Shown here: positions 36,000-46,186 of the stretch, piece after piece
How positions within the stretch are numbered: position 1 is the stretch's first letter
How the letters are laid out: the number at the start of each line of letters is the position of its first letter
Origin: Methanothrix sp.
GTDB lineage: Archaea; Halobacteriota; Methanosarcinia; Methanotrichales; Methanotrichaceae
Length of the DNA stretch: 64,000 nt
NCBI RefSeq assembly: GCF_011620785.1
Contig: NZ_WOYM01000058.1
Strand: one strand, 5' to 3'
Notes under the pieces: model-generated
The model's database searches: none
The model's input: only the letters and a program-made list of their open reading frames with translations
What the model was told of the DNA's origin: nothing
Program-made: the position numbers and the translations under genes

Positions 36000-36115
36000 T
36001 CTGGGCGGCCGATATTTAAGGCCTGAAGGGCGGCCCAGAGTTCATCGATCAGCACTGGCTTGGAGATATAACCATCCATACTGGCTCGGGAAGATCCCAG
36101 GCTCTGGCAGTTCAA
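36000..36115 (-). pseudogene. C-terminal fragment of a receiver (REC) domain
   Basis: The minus-strand reading SMDGYISKPVLIDELWAALQAL (about 36078..36015) is the alpha4-beta5-alpha5 end of a response regulator. There is no upstream remainder: a stop lies a few codons upstream and the RND gene starts at 36137 on the other strand. Confidence 0.45.
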
Positions 36116-36136
36116 AGAGGAAACGAGGCATATGCA

Positions 36137-37364
36137 ATGAACGGCTCAGAACAGCTCGGCCGGTGGATCTCAGATAATCCCATAATTATCATCTTTGCCA
36201 CACTGCTCATCACCCTCAGCGCCGTCCACTATGCCCAACAGATCGAGATGCAAGGGCTGACCACCGAGAGCATGGTGGGCAAGGAATCCGCTCTTTATCA
36301 GGTCTATGACCATCTCTATGTGCAGAACTTTGGAACTGCATCCATCGCCGTATTGATCGAGGCGGATGACGTGGCAACGCCAGAGGTCCTTCGGGGGGAC
36401 TGACAGCATCCAGCTGCTGGTGCAGGCCGATGATGTCACCGATCCGCAGGTGCTAGAGTGGATGGATGAGTTCTCCATCTATCTGAAAGGCTCCAGAGAT
36501 CAGATATTGGGATATACGAGCATTGTCAGCTTGGCAAAAGAGGCAAACCAGGGAACTCTCCCCACGGATAGGACAATTATCCGAATGCTAATCGATGCCC
36601 TTCCTGCCAATTGGCGGGATATATACCTGGAGGGACACAACACCGCCATAATCGACCTCAATGTAGGCCAAACCATAACCAACCTGGGCACTGAGGGCTC
36701 AGACCGGCTGATGAAAGAGATCGAGAAGGATATCGCCTGGAATCCTCCTCCTGCAGGGGTCTCGGTGAGAATGACGGGAGACGCAGTGGTGATGACCACG
36801 GTCATAACCGCCCTGACCAAAGGAAGGACGGAGATGACCCTCTTCGGACTCTTGCTGATATTCATAGTGCTCTTGGCGATTTACCGGGATCTGATAAAGG
36901 CCTTGCTTCCTGTGCTTCCCATGCTGGTGGTTATAGGCTGGATGGGTGGTGTAATGTACATATCAGGCATGAAATACACCCCCCTTACTGCGTGCCTGGG
37001 GGCTTTGATCCTGGGAGTGGGATCAGAGTATGCCATCCTGATGATGGAGCGGTTCTATGAGGAGCTGGAGAAGATCGGCGATCCCAGAAAGGCCCTCTCC
37101 ACAGCTACCAGGGCCATAGGCTCGGCATTGATCGCCTCAGGGCTTACCACAGTATTCGGATTTGCCGCCTTGATATCATCCCCATTTCTGATCACCAATA
37201 ACTTCGGCATGGTGACCGTTCTGGCCATAGTGTTCGCCCTGGCCACCACCTTCACCGTATTTGTGGTGCTGATCTACCGCATGGAATTGAGAAGAGAGCT
37301 GGTGAAGAATGCGATTGCCGGAATATTCAAAGCCTTCCGGCTCATCCATCCAGAGGAGAGCTGA
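36137..37364 (+). pseudogene. RND/MMPL (HAE3-like) half-size exporter interrupted by a frameshift at a G6 run
   Basis: The two tracked ORFs (36137..36403 and 36366..37364) join if one G is removed from GGGGGG at 36393-36398, giving ...PEVLRGTDSIQLLVQADD.... Downstream there are five TM spans with LGVGSEYAILMMERF. A sequencing error is equally possible. Confidence 0.65.
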
Positions 37365-37602
37365 TGGAAATGATTCCCATCATTTCGAGATTCTATATTG
37401 CCGGTCAAGTAGCAAGATACCCAAGATCTACTGTTAATATGCAGGTCGACATTAGATGACCAAATAGAATTAGGGCGATTTGGGGAGAAATATCTCTGAA
37501 AGCCCGGCATAAGGGGCAACCCACAAAGCGAAAGGCTGCCGGATGTTTTCCGGCAGTTCGGCCTCGATAGTATCAAATTTGCAGTTTAAATGAGCTTCAC
37601 CC

Positions 37603-38157
37603 TCAGGTCATGGCCATGAGCTCAAGCTTCACCCGGTCAGATTCACCGGTCCCAGATGAGGATTCTACCTTTTGCGTATCCTCATCGGAGACATAGGACA
37701 AATAGAGCTTGCGCCTCTTGCCCTGGCTCATCTTGACATGCTTCGGATCAAGCTCTAAAGCGCGCTTCATCACGCTTATGACCGTTGTCTTATTCAGACC
37801 GAGCATGTCCACCAGCTCGCTGGTGGTATATCTGCCCGGCTTTTCCGCCATTATATCGATCAGAGATCGGGCATGATTATCCAGGGCCTTACCATCGCCT
37901 GAGCCTGACTCCACTGCAGCAGAAGGCCGGGCTTGCCTGGTGCGAAACTGGCTCTTCAGGTCGGATACCTCTTTGGATAAGCGGTCAACCTGATCGATCA
38001 GCCTGCCCAAAAGCTCGACATCGCTCTTCTTTGAGTCCATGTCCCGAGACATCTTGTCGATAGCGGAGACGAGCATGATCATAGCCTGTGCTTCTCGACG
38101 ATCTCTTTCAATCTCTTCGGCCTTTGTTTTGTATAGCTCTAAAAGCTCTTCGAACAT
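37603..38157 (-). CDS. coiled-coil plus winged-helix DNA-binding-like protein
   Basis: 184 aa. The N-terminal half is charged and helical. The C-terminal YTTSELVDMLGLNKTTVISVMKRALEL looks like an HTH. Confidence 0.55.
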   Translation of the reverse strand: MFEELLELYKTKAEEIERDRREAQAMIMLVSAIDKMSRDMDSKKSDVELLGRLIDQVDRLSKEVSDLKSQFRTRQARPSAAVESGSGDGKALDNHARSLIDIMAEKPGRYTTSELVDMLGLNKTTVISVMKRALELDPKHVKMSQGKRRKLYLSYVSDEDTQKVESSSGTGESDRVKLELMAMT

Positions 38158-38236
38158 TTATTGGCTACTCCTAGTATCTTCTAGTTCAATCTCATTTCGA
38201 AGCGAATTAAAAGGTTGCCGGACAAAGGGTCAACTG

Positions 38237-39100
38237 TCAAGGTATATAATACTTTTCTTGTAGTTCGCCCTGTCGGGAAGGAATAGATTTGTCCTGGCCG
38301 ATAGATCCAGATTCTTTAATGACTCGGGGAAGGTCACGGATGCTCTTGATGATGACACTGGCAGAATCCAGCAACCGCGGAGAGGGGCGAGTGTGCTGCT
38401 CTACCGTCAGGACCCCCAGGTCTGCCGCCTTCAAGGCATAGATATCATTCAAGCCATCGCCAACCATGACCACCTGGCCATACCTTTCCTTGAGCTCTGC
38501 TACAATCTCCTTCTTCCGCCAGGGGTTGGCGACTGGATTCATTCGCGATGGATCTATGCCCAGATCGTCCAGGCTGTTCAGGCTCCTTCTGCTATCTCCT
38601 GAGGCCAGAAAAACATCCGCGCCCATGGCCTTTAAATCATGCAGTACCCTCTCCAATCCAGGAAATGGAATGCCACCAGTGCTAATTGCATAGGCGATCT
38701 CCCCATGATCACGGTCAACGATGAATCCCGCAGTGCGATAGTTCCCCGGGCATTTCGCTTTCACTATTGCACAGGCCTCCTGCAGTTCGCGCATCTTGAC
38801 CGGAGAGTTCTTCAGAATCCTCAAGACCTCATCTGGGGAGATCTGAGAGGATGAGCAGCTGATCTTGATGCAATCCTCGCGACCCAAGACCAGCACCCTG
38901 ATGGGATGGTCGGAATTGCAGGATATTATCATATCCGGATCGATCTGAGGCACTACCAGTGCCCGGCCACTCTTCTCCATGATAAGCTCCCAGGTGACGA
39001 CCTTCTCCAGGATAATATCTCCTGGTATGTCCTTGGCCACGCGATACATCCTCATAATGGTCCCTGCTACATCCATGACCACAGCGAGATCCCCTGACAT
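38237..39100 (-). CDS. HAD-superfamily hydrolase (soluble P-type-ATPase-like)
   Basis: I placed the start at ATG 39100 (MSGDLAVVMDVAGTI, the DxxGT motif). VMVGDGLNDIYALKAADLGV is the HAD motif IV as seen in P-type ATPases. Confidence 0.8.
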   Translation of the reverse strand: MSGDLAVVMDVAGTIMRMYRVAKDIPGDIILEKVVTWELIMEKSGRALVVPQIDPDMIISCNSDHPIRVLVLGREDCIKISCSSSQISPDEVLRILKNSPVKMRELQEACAIVKAKCPGNYRTAGFIVDRDHGEIAYAISTGGIPFPGLERVLHDLKAMGADVFLASGDSRRSLNSLDDLGIDPSRMNPVANPWRKKEIVAELKERYGQVVMVGDGLNDIYALKAADLGVLTVEQHTRPSPRLLDSASVIIKSIRDLPRVIKESGSIGQDKSIPSRQGELQEKYYIP

Positions 39101-39227
39101 CAGCCATGAGTTTGGGCAAAGGAATGAGATCAAACTATCGCCCCCCCAGTGCAATAACTTTTTTATCTAGAAGATCCAAATAGAACTCCAGTAAGAAAAA
39201 TGGGGTAGGATTACGAGGGGAGTAGCG

Positions 39228-39929
39228 TTGGCTTTGTTGCTGATATTCCTCTTCTCCCTGGAGCAAACTGGCATTGCATCTGCTCTATCCGGACAGGTCC
39301 AGGAGGGGGATTTCACCAACGGCCTGAAGGTGGCAGGAACGGGCTATTTCGAGGTTGGCGTCTCCGTAAAGGACAGAGACCTGGCTTTGGAGTATAACAG
39401 CTTCATGACCGGGGACGGCGACCTGGAGATGGATACAGGAACCGTTGAATCCCAGAGAGCTGGGCGGCTGCCGGGCATGAGCAATGACTCAACTATTCCC
39501 CTGAACCTCTGGGAGAACACTCGGATCACCTACTCCGGCACCGCCCCAATGGTGGGAACCAAGTACATCAACTCCAAATCCTTCTGGGGAGGAATAGGAG
39601 CTGAGGTTCAGGAGTCCTTCTCCGTCACCGAGATGGAGAGGGAGGGAAGCACATTCTTCGCCTCCACAAATCCTTCCTCTTATACGGCTGATCCGAATGA
39701 GATCGCACGGCTCCTCAGCACCAGCCCGGTTGACTCGGTAGGCATATCGACCAGGAACTCGTTTAATGGAACCTGGCAGACCGATGCCCATCTGCACAAG
39801 ATGTTCTCCAAGGATGTCAAGGTGCACGAGTCCTTTACCGGCACATTCGATGTGGAAAAGAGGCTGGTCTTCCGGGACGATCCCTCTAAGGAGAAGCGAG
39901 AGGCGGGATGCGAGGGCATAGACTGCTAG
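39228..39929 (+). CDS. secreted hypothetical protein
   Basis: 233 aa with a TTG start. The signal-like segment is ALLLIFLFSLEQTGIASA. I recognise no family. Confidence 0.55.
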   Translation: MALLLIFLFSLEQTGIASALSGQVQEGDFTNGLKVAGTGYFEVGVSVKDRDLALEYNSFMTGDGDLEMDTGTVESQRAGRLPGMSNDSTIPLNLWENTRITYSGTAPMVGTKYINSKSFWGGIGAEVQESFSVTEMEREGSTFFASTNPSSYTADPNEIARLLSTSPVDSVGISTRNSFNGTWQTDAHLHKMFSKDVKVHESFTGTFDVEKRLVFRDDPSKEKREAGCEGIDC

Positions 39930-40216
39930 AGAGTTCATTCGATGAAAAGTCATGCTCCCCGGCCATGCCCGCGAGACGGAAAGGCTCTTCGCTGAATTAT
40001 GTGGGCGAGGCACGGCAGCGATTATAGACTCTGTTCCTCTGCGTCTCTGTGGTTGGGTCAGAGCAAAGCGGTTCACCACCGAGGCGAAAAGATACAGAGA
40101 ATTTGTGGAAATTCACGGTTTTGCCATCGTCTAGATCAGATATCTTATCTCATTGCCTTCATATGAACCTCATCTCAGAATAAGCCTTTTATAAACAAGA
40201 GGGAGGGATGGCCTAG

Positions 40217-40426
40217 GTGAGTGGATTGATTACCAATATCGATGCTAACGGCAGGGTTCAGCTTCCCCTAGCCATCAGATATGGCCTTGACTTATGCACT
40301 GGAGACAGGATTGCCATAGACCATTTAGGCGATGGGACCATCATTCTCAAAAAGATCGATGATGGGGTTACTCTAAAAGGAGCAGACAGGTCAAATGCCA
40401 GGGCGGAAAGGCCATCCAGTAGCTGA
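40217..40426 (+). CDS. SpoVT/AbrB-domain protein (antitoxin-like or regulator), no partner gene
   Basis: 69 aa with a GTG start. NGRVQLPLAIRYGLDLCTGDRIAIDHLGDGTIILKK is a typical looped-hinge-helix AbrB/MazE fold sequence. Confidence 0.7.
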   Translation: MSGLITNIDANGRVQLPLAIRYGLDLCTGDRIAIDHLGDGTIILKKIDDGVTLKGADRSNARAERPSSS

Positions 40427-40492
40427 AACATACAAATTGCCCTAATAGAGGAAAGGCCTAAACAGCGTCTGTTAAAAGCAAGAATTAACGGC

Positions 40493-40500
40493 AAAAAAAA
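40493..40500 (-). terminator. oligo-T (T8) terminator after tRNA-Arg
   Basis: An A8 run on the plus strand equals T8 on the minus strand. It begins 6 nt past the tRNA 3' end. Confidence 0.6.
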
Positions 40501-40505
40501 TGTTA

Positions 40506-40579
40506 CGGACCCGCCGGGATTCGAACCCGGGCCCGAGGCTCCGGAGGCCTCTATTCTATCCAGACTATACTACGAGTCC
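40506..40579 (-). tRNA. tRNA-Arg (anticodon CCG), no intron, CCA not encoded
   Basis: I folded the reverse complement GGACTCGTAGTATAGTCTGGATAGAATAGAGGCCTCCGGAGCCTCGGGCCCGGGTTCGAATCCCGGCGGGTCCG by hand. It has a 7-bp acceptor stem and an anticodon stem GAGGC/GCCTC with loop CTCCGGA. The T arm is CCGGG-TTCGAAT-CCCGG. The D stem is weak (G-U, U-A, A.A, U.G). Confidence 0.85.
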
Positions 40580-40710
40580 ACATCCCCTTTGATCTCATTC
40601 AATCCAGCATCCCATCCAATTAATGCCATGATACTGGAACATTCCTCTGAAAATTTAGAATGATATAGGCAGCGGGCTCTCTTCCCGGGAAGCACCCCTA
40701 CCTACTGATC

Positions 40711-41019
40711 TTAGCTTTCCAGAACTATTTCTATATTCACGTTTTTAGGAACCTGAATCCTCATGAGCTGGCGAAGAGCGCGCTCATCGGCATCTAGATC
40801 GATAAGCCTCTTGTGCACCCTCATCTCCCAGTGGTCCCAGGTAGCAGTCCCCTCTCCATCAGGGCTCTTTCTGCATGGTACAACCATTCTCTTAGTGGGA
40901 AGTGGGATGGGGCCCGCCATATGGACGCCCGTCCTCTGGGCAATCCCTTTGACCTGATTGCAGATATCGTCCAGCATCAAGGGATTGGTGCCAGAGAGCC
41001 GAATTCTTGCCTTTTGCAT
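40711..41019 (-). CDS. rps10: 30S ribosomal protein S10
   Basis: 102 aa, beginning [32 protein letters not shown], with HKRLIDL further on. Confidence 0.95.
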   Translation of the reverse strand: MQKARIRLSGTNPLMLDDICNQVKGIAQRTGVHMAGPIPLPTKRMVVPCRKSPDGEGTATWDHWEMRVHKRLIDLDADERALRQLMRIQVPKNVNIEIVLES

Positions 41020-41042
41020 GTTTTACACCAAAAAAAGTTGGT

Positions 41043-42317
41043 TCAGCGTGGTACCACGCTCATGCACATGCCGGCTGCGACGGTCGTGCCCATGTCCCTA
41101 ATGGCGAACCTGCCCAGCTGGGGAATCTCCTTCACCGGCTCAATGACCATGGGCTTGGAGGGAGTGACCATGATGATGGCCGCATCTCCAGCCTTGATGA
41201 AGGCGGGATTCTCTTCCTTGACTGCACCGGACCTCGGGTCCAGCTTGGCCAGAATGGCTGTCAGGGTGCAGGCAATCTGAGCTGTATGGCAGTGGAATAC
41301 AGGAGTGTATCCGGCGGATATAGCACTGGGATGCTGCAATACCACTATCTGAGCCTTGAACTCCTTGGCAACGGTCGGGGGCTTCTCCACCGATCCGCAG
41401 ACATCTCCCCGGCGAATGTCCTTCTTGGAGACGCCGCGCACATTCCATCCGATGTTATCACCGGGGAATGCCTCAGGCACCTCCTCGTGATGCATCTCAA
41501 TGGACTTGACCTCGCCGGTCACATTTGCAGGCTGGAAGACTATCTTATCGTTCTTTCTCATGACACCGGTCTCTACTCTGCCCACGGGCACAGTGCCCAC
41601 GCCAGAGATGGTATAGACGTCCTGCACCGGTACGCGCAGAGGCAGGTTGGTGGGCTTATCCGGGACCTTGAGGTTGTTTAAGGCCTCGAGCAGGGTTGGG
41701 CCCTTGTACCAGGGCGTATTGGTGCTGGCTTTGGCCAGGTTATCTCCCATCAGGCCGGAGAGGGGTATGAATGGTATATCATCTACCTTGTATCCAACCA
41801 TCTTGAGGAGCTTGCCTACCTCTTCCTTGACCTCGTTGTACCTCTTCTCGTCAAATGGCGGAGTGGTAGCATCGATCTTGTTCATAGCCACAACCAGCTG
41901 GTTGACTCCCAGGGTCCTGGACAGGAATACGTGCTCCTTGGTCTGAGCCATGACCCCGTCGGGGACGGCCACGACCAATACGGCAGCATCTGCCTGGCTG
42001 GCCCCGGTGATCATGTTCTTCACGAAGTCCCTGTGGCCAGGGCAGTCCACCACGGTAAAGTAGTACTTGGCGGTATCGAACCGATGATGGGCGATGTCGA
42101 TGGTAACGCCCCTCTCGCGCTCTTCCTTCAGGCTGTCCATGACCCAGGCGAACTCGAAGGTTGCCTTGCCTTTGCTTGCGGCTTCTTTCCTATACTCATC
42201 AATGACGTGGGGGTCTACAGCCCCTGTCTCGAACATCAATCTGCCTACGGTTGTCGACTTTCCGTGGTCGACGTGTCCAATGAATGCAAGATTGAGATGC
42301 GGCTTAGTATCTGCCAT
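41043..42317 (-). CDS. tuf: translation elongation factor EF-1 alpha
   Basis: 424 aa with [17 protein letters not shown] and NKID GTPase motifs. Confidence 0.97.
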   Translation of the reverse strand: MADTKPHLNLAFIGHVDHGKSTTVGRLMFETGAVDPHVIDEYRKEAASKGKATFEFAWVMDSLKEERERGVTIDIAHHRFDTAKYYFTVVDCPGHRDFVKNMITGASQADAAVLVVAVPDGVMAQTKEHVFLSRTLGVNQLVVAMNKIDATTPPFDEKRYNEVKEEVGKLLKMVGYKVDDIPFIPLSGLMGDNLAKASTNTPWYKGPTLLEALNNLKVPDKPTNLPLRVPVQDVYTISGVGTVPVGRVETGVMRKNDKIVFQPANVTGEVKSIEMHHEEVPEAFPGDNIGWNVRGVSKKDIRRGDVCGSVEKPPTVAKEFKAQIVVLQHPSAISAGYTPVFHCHTAQIACTLTAILAKLDPRSGAVKEENPAFIKAGDAAIIMVTPSKPMVIEPVKEIPQLGRFAIRDMGTTVAAGMCMSVVPR

Positions 42318-42388
42318 AACTTATCTCCTCCAACTGGCACTATCCATATTTTTCAGTATTTCTGCTTTTAATCCTTTCGAAGGGTCGC

Positions 42389-44584
42389 TTATACGACCTT
42401 CAGGTAATCACTGGGTTTGGGCATCTCCGGCTTCAAGCCCTTTCTGGTCCTGATCTGCTTGACTGTCTCCAGGAGCAGGTTTGCGGGCAGGGGCTCGAAT
42501 CCTGCGAACTCCGTCGACCAGAGGGCTCTCCCTTCGGTGGCCGATCTTATCGCCCCGGAGAAACCGAACATCTGAGCCACAGGCATCTTGGATTTAAGGA
42601 TCACCATATCGCCCTGGCTGTCCATGTTTAGGATGACGCCTCTTCTCCCCTGGATCTCAGACATGGCTCCACCCATTTGATCCTGAGGCACCTGTATATA
42701 GACGTTCTGGAAGGGCTCGAGCAGCACTGGATCTGCCATTAGGATCCCTGCCTGCACTGCCTGCCTGACTGCGGGAATGACCTGAGCGGGGCCGCGGTGC
42801 ACTGCATCCTCGTGCAGCTTCACATCCATTATCTTGGCCTTTATCCCCTGGACCGGTTCCCTGCAGATGGGGCCGTTCTTCAAGGCCTCCTCGAAGCCCT
42901 CCAATATGAGCTCCATGGTTTCTCTCAGGTACTGAATGCCTTTGGTCATATTAAGAAGGACATTGGTGCCGTAGTAGCCGGATATGCTCCGGGCCTCATC
43001 CTTGTCCATGCCATTTTCGATGAGCAGCTTTCTGCGCTCAATCTCCTCCATCTTCATGCTGATCTTGCCCTCTTTCAGGGACTGGATCACTCCTTCTTCC
43101 AGAGGCTCAAACTCGATATAGAAGCGGTTATGATGGTTGGGCGACTTTCCTTCTACTGGCCCTGCATGGCCGGCTATGGACTCCCGGTATACCACAATGG
43201 GTGGAGAGGTCTTCAGCTCTACACCGCGATCGCGCTGGAGCCTGGTGACGGTTACATCCAAGTGCAGCTCACCCATGCCTGCCATGAGATGCTCTCCGGT
43301 CTCCTCATTGATGGTGACCTGCAGAGTTGGGTCCTCCTTGGCGATCTGCCTCAGAACCTCTACGACCTTGGGCAGGTCGCGGGTGTTCTTGGCCTCTACC
43401 GCCACGGTCATGACCGGCTCGGAGACGTGCTTGATCTGCTCGAAGGGGGTCATATTCTCCTCAGAGGAGATAGTGGATCCGACGATCGCATCCCGCAGGC
43501 CGGTGACTGCGGCTATGTTCCCTGCCGGGATCTCCTCTACCTCTACCCTCTCCGCACCCATTACCACACCGGTCTGCTGAATGCGGTTGGTTCCGCCGAT
43601 GCCCGATACATAAAGCTCCATGCCCCGCCTGAGTGTCCCGGAGAAGAGCCTTCCTGTGGCCACCTCGCCAGCATGGGGGTCGACCTTGACCTTGTTGATC
43701 ATGAAAGCCACCGGCCCATTCGGATCGCATGAAGCCATGGCCTTCCCCACCGGGCTGTCCCAATCGCCGTGCCAGATGACCCCGACCCGCTCCTTTTGGG
43801 CCTCGATGGGACTGGGGAGGAACTTGACCACCATATCGTTGACCGCAATGTACAGGGGAACCTTCTCTGCCAGCTCCTTCATCTTTCCTTCATGGCAGTA
43901 ATCTACCACCTGATCGAAGCCAATCCCCGTCTTCTTCATCTGGGGAACGCTTATTGCCCAATTATAGAGAGCTGATCCGAAGGCGATATTTCCCTTGGCG
44001 GCATCCAGCTTCCAGCCGGCCTTATATTTCTCCTCATCCATTCCTAAAATGAGCTTGTTGACATTGTCAATGACTTTGCCCAGGCGGGCGGCCATGTCCT
44101 TCTTCTCCACCTTGAGCTCGTTGATCATCCGGTCCACTTTATTGACGAAAAGGACCGGCCGAACGCCCTCCTTCAGAGCCTGCCTGAGCACGGTCTCCGT
44201 CTGGGGCATGGCGCCCTCTACCGCGTCCACGACCACCACAGCACCGTCCACTGCGCGCATGGCTCGGGTGACGTCGCCCCCGAAGTCTACGTGACCGGGA
44301 GTGTCAATCATATTGATCAGATACTCTTTGCCGTCCACCTCGTGGACCATGGAGACATTGGCGGCATCGATGGTGATTCCCCGGGCCTGCTCCAGGGGAT
44401 CGAAATCCATGAATAGCTGCTTTCCTGCCAGATCCATGGAGATCATGCCTGCCCCGCCCAACAGGTTATCAGAAAGGGTTGTCTTGCCGTGATCGATATG
44501 TGCCACGATTCCGATGTTCCTGATAAACTTGGGTTTATCCATCAGAGTCATTACACGTTCTGCTATCTTCTTCCTCTTGCCCAT
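42389..44584 (-). CDS. fusA: translation elongation factor EF-2
   Basis: 731 aa with [17 protein letters not shown] and NKVD motifs. The diphthamide-loop context is [11 protein letters not shown]. Confidence 0.97.
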   Translation of the reverse strand: MGKRKKIAERVMTLMDKPKFIRNIGIVAHIDHGKTTLSDNLLGGAGMISMDLAGKQLFMDFDPLEQARGITIDAANVSMVHEVDGKEYLINMIDTPGHVDFGGDVTRAMRAVDGAVVVVDAVEGAMPQTETVLRQALKEGVRPVLFVNKVDRMINELKVEKKDMAARLGKVIDNVNKLILGMDEEKYKAGWKLDAAKGNIAFGSALYNWAISVPQMKKTGIGFDQVVDYCHEGKMKELAEKVPLYIAVNDMVVKFLPSPIEAQKERVGVIWHGDWDSPVGKAMASCDPNGPVAFMINKVKVDPHAGEVATGRLFSGTLRRGMELYVSGIGGTNRIQQTGVVMGAERVEVEEIPAGNIAAVTGLRDAIVGSTISSEENMTPFEQIKHVSEPVMTVAVEAKNTRDLPKVVEVLRQIAKEDPTLQVTINEETGEHLMAGMGELHLDVTVTRLQRDRGVELKTSPPIVVYRESIAGHAGPVEGKSPNHHNRFYIEFEPLEEGVIQSLKEGKISMKMEEIERRKLLIENGMDKDEARSISGYYGTNVLLNMTKGIQYLRETMELILEGFEEALKNGPICREPVQGIKAKIMDVKLHEDAVHRGPAQVIPAVRQAVQAGILMADPVLLEPFQNVYIQVPQDQMGGAMSEIQGRRGVILNMDSQGDMVILKSKMPVAQMFGFSGAIRSATEGRALWSTEFAGFEPLPANLLLETVKQIRTRKGLKPEMPKPSDYLKVV

Positions 44585-44791
44585 AATACGCCTCGCGAAG
44601 TTTGAGATAAATCTTATAATCCTGACTAGGACTGAGACTCCTCGGGCTCAATGTATTTAAGCCTTCGGCCCCTTCTTCGGGCGATTTGTAAAGGAAAATA
44701 TATGATCCTTCATTTTGGCAGACCTCCCTCTTGAACCTTCGCTGGATAAAGCTTAAATCGATGCGAAGATAGCTCTGGTTCGGTTTTTAAG

Positions 44792-46186
44792 ATGGCGCGC
44801 TTGGTAATGAAGTTTGGTGGTGTTTCCGTTGCTGACGGAAACCGGCTGAGGCATGTGGGCGATCTTGTCGCGCATTTTCATCGCGACAATGAGATAGTCC
44901 TCGTCACCTCTGCCCTTCAAGGGGTAACGGATGAGCTTCTGGCCTGTGCCAGAAGGGCGGCCAGCGAAGGCAATGTCTCAGATGTGATGGACTTCATAGA
45001 GAGGATAACAGATAGACACAACCAAGCGATAGCAGATGCAATCCAGGATCCTGCAATCGCCAAAGAGGTACAGGGTATAATATCCGAGAAGCTCTCATTG
45101 CTCGAGAAGGCCTACATCGGCATCTGCTATCTGGGAGAGCTAACTAGACGCTCGCTCGACTATATCTCCGGCTATGGCGAGCAGCTGGCTGCACCCATTC
45201 TATCCGGGGTGCTGCGGGATATGGGAATCGAATCCCAGCATTATACCGGAAGAGAGGCGGGAATCATCACCGACAGCAATTACGGGGATGCCAGACCCCT
45301 GGAGAAGACCTATGGCCTCATCCCCCAGAAGCTACTGCCGTTGAAGGGCGTCCCAGTGGTCACCGGATTCATAGCCCAGGACGAGAAGGGGACGAACACC
45401 ACTCTTGGTCGTGGTGGCTCCGACCTCTCCGCATCACTGATCGGTGCGGCGATCAATGCGGATGAGATCTGGTTCTGGAAGGAGACCTCCGGCATCATGA
45501 CCACTGATCCCAAGATAGTGCCAGAGGCCAAGACGATACCCACCATCTCCTACCGGGAGGCGATGGAGCTCTCCTACTTCGGGGCTAAGGTCCTCCATCC
45601 CAGAGCCATTGAGCCAGCCATCAAAAAGGGTATCCCTGTGAGGGTTAAGTGCACCTTCGATCCCGAGGACCCAGGAACTCAGATCGTGAGGGACGATGTT
45701 CTCAAAGAGGATGTGATCAAGGCGGTCACACTGCATCAGAAAGTCGAGCTTCTGAACATCTCCGGCGCGGGGATGATAGGGACACTGGGCGTTGCTGCTC
45801 GCGCCTTCACCGCTCTGGCCGAAGCGGGGATCAATATCGTGATGATCAGCCAGGGCTCCTCTGAGGCCAACATATCCATGGTCATAGAGGAGGGACAGGC
45901 AGATCGAGCGGATGAGGCTCTGCGATCCGAGTTCCCCAGAGATGTGGTCAAGGAGATCTCCCATGACCATGATGTCTGCACAGTAGCGGTGACAGGCTCG
46001 GGAATGGCCGGGACTCCTGGGGTAGCCGCCCGGGTGTTCAAGGCCATGGGTCAGGCCAGGATCAATGTGGTCATGATCAGCCAGGCATCTGGCCAGCATA
46101 ACATCTCCTTTGTGGTGGCATCGGCGGATGGGGAAAGAGCAGTTCGGGAGCTTCATCGCGAGTTCGGTCTGGGTGGTGAAGCATGA
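44792..46186 (+). CDS. lysC: aspartate kinase
   Basis: 464 aa with an MKFGGVSVADG start. Two C-terminal ACT-like repeats are present (LLNISGAGMIGTLGVAARAF and VAVTGSGMAGTPGVAARVF). Confidence 0.9.
   Translation: MARLVMKFGGVSVADGNRLRHVGDLVAHFHRDNEIVLVTSALQGVTDELLACARRAASEGNVSDVMDFIERITDRHNQAIADAIQDPAIAKEVQGIISEKLSLLEKAYIGICYLGELTRRSLDYISGYGEQLAAPILSGVLRDMGIESQHYTGREAGIITDSNYGDARPLEKTYGLIPQKLLPLKGVPVVTGFIAQDEKGTNTTLGRGGSDLSASLIGAAINADEIWFWKETSGIMTTDPKIVPEAKTIPTISYREAMELSYFGAKVLHPRAIEPAIKKGIPVRVKCTFDPEDPGTQIVRDDVLKEDVIKAVTLHQKVELLNISGAGMIGTLGVAARAFTALAEAGINIVMISQGSSEANISMVIEEGQADRADEALRSEFPRDVVKEISHDHDVCTVAVTGSGMAGTPGVAARVFKAMGQARINVVMISQASGQHNISFVVASADGERAVRELHREFGLGGEA

Noticed and set aside
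39952-40134. A 60-aa ORF (MLPGHARETERLFAELCGRG...) as the toxin partner of the AbrB-like gene.
   Set aside because: It lies upstream rather than downstream of the antitoxin-like gene, after an 80-nt gap. It resembles no PIN, MazF or other toxin family I know, and its composition is arginine- and alanine-rich like non-coding frames here.
42797-43732. A 311-aa ORF antisense to EF-2. Similar long shadow ORFs are 41007..41681 (opposite EF-1alpha), 58891..59772 (AspRS), 54641..55390 (HDAC), 56168..56866 (hydantoinase), 45434..46156 (LysC), 47267..47899 (CooC), 48453..49088 (RNR), 33033..33707 (rubrerythrin/Hjc), 39489..40079 and 10406..10918.
   Set aside because: All of them lie entirely inside genes with unmistakable family motifs on the opposite strand. 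Their translations are low-complexity and rich in G, R, H, L and P, with no recognisable motifs. They are typical antisense open frames in moderately GC-rich coding DNA.
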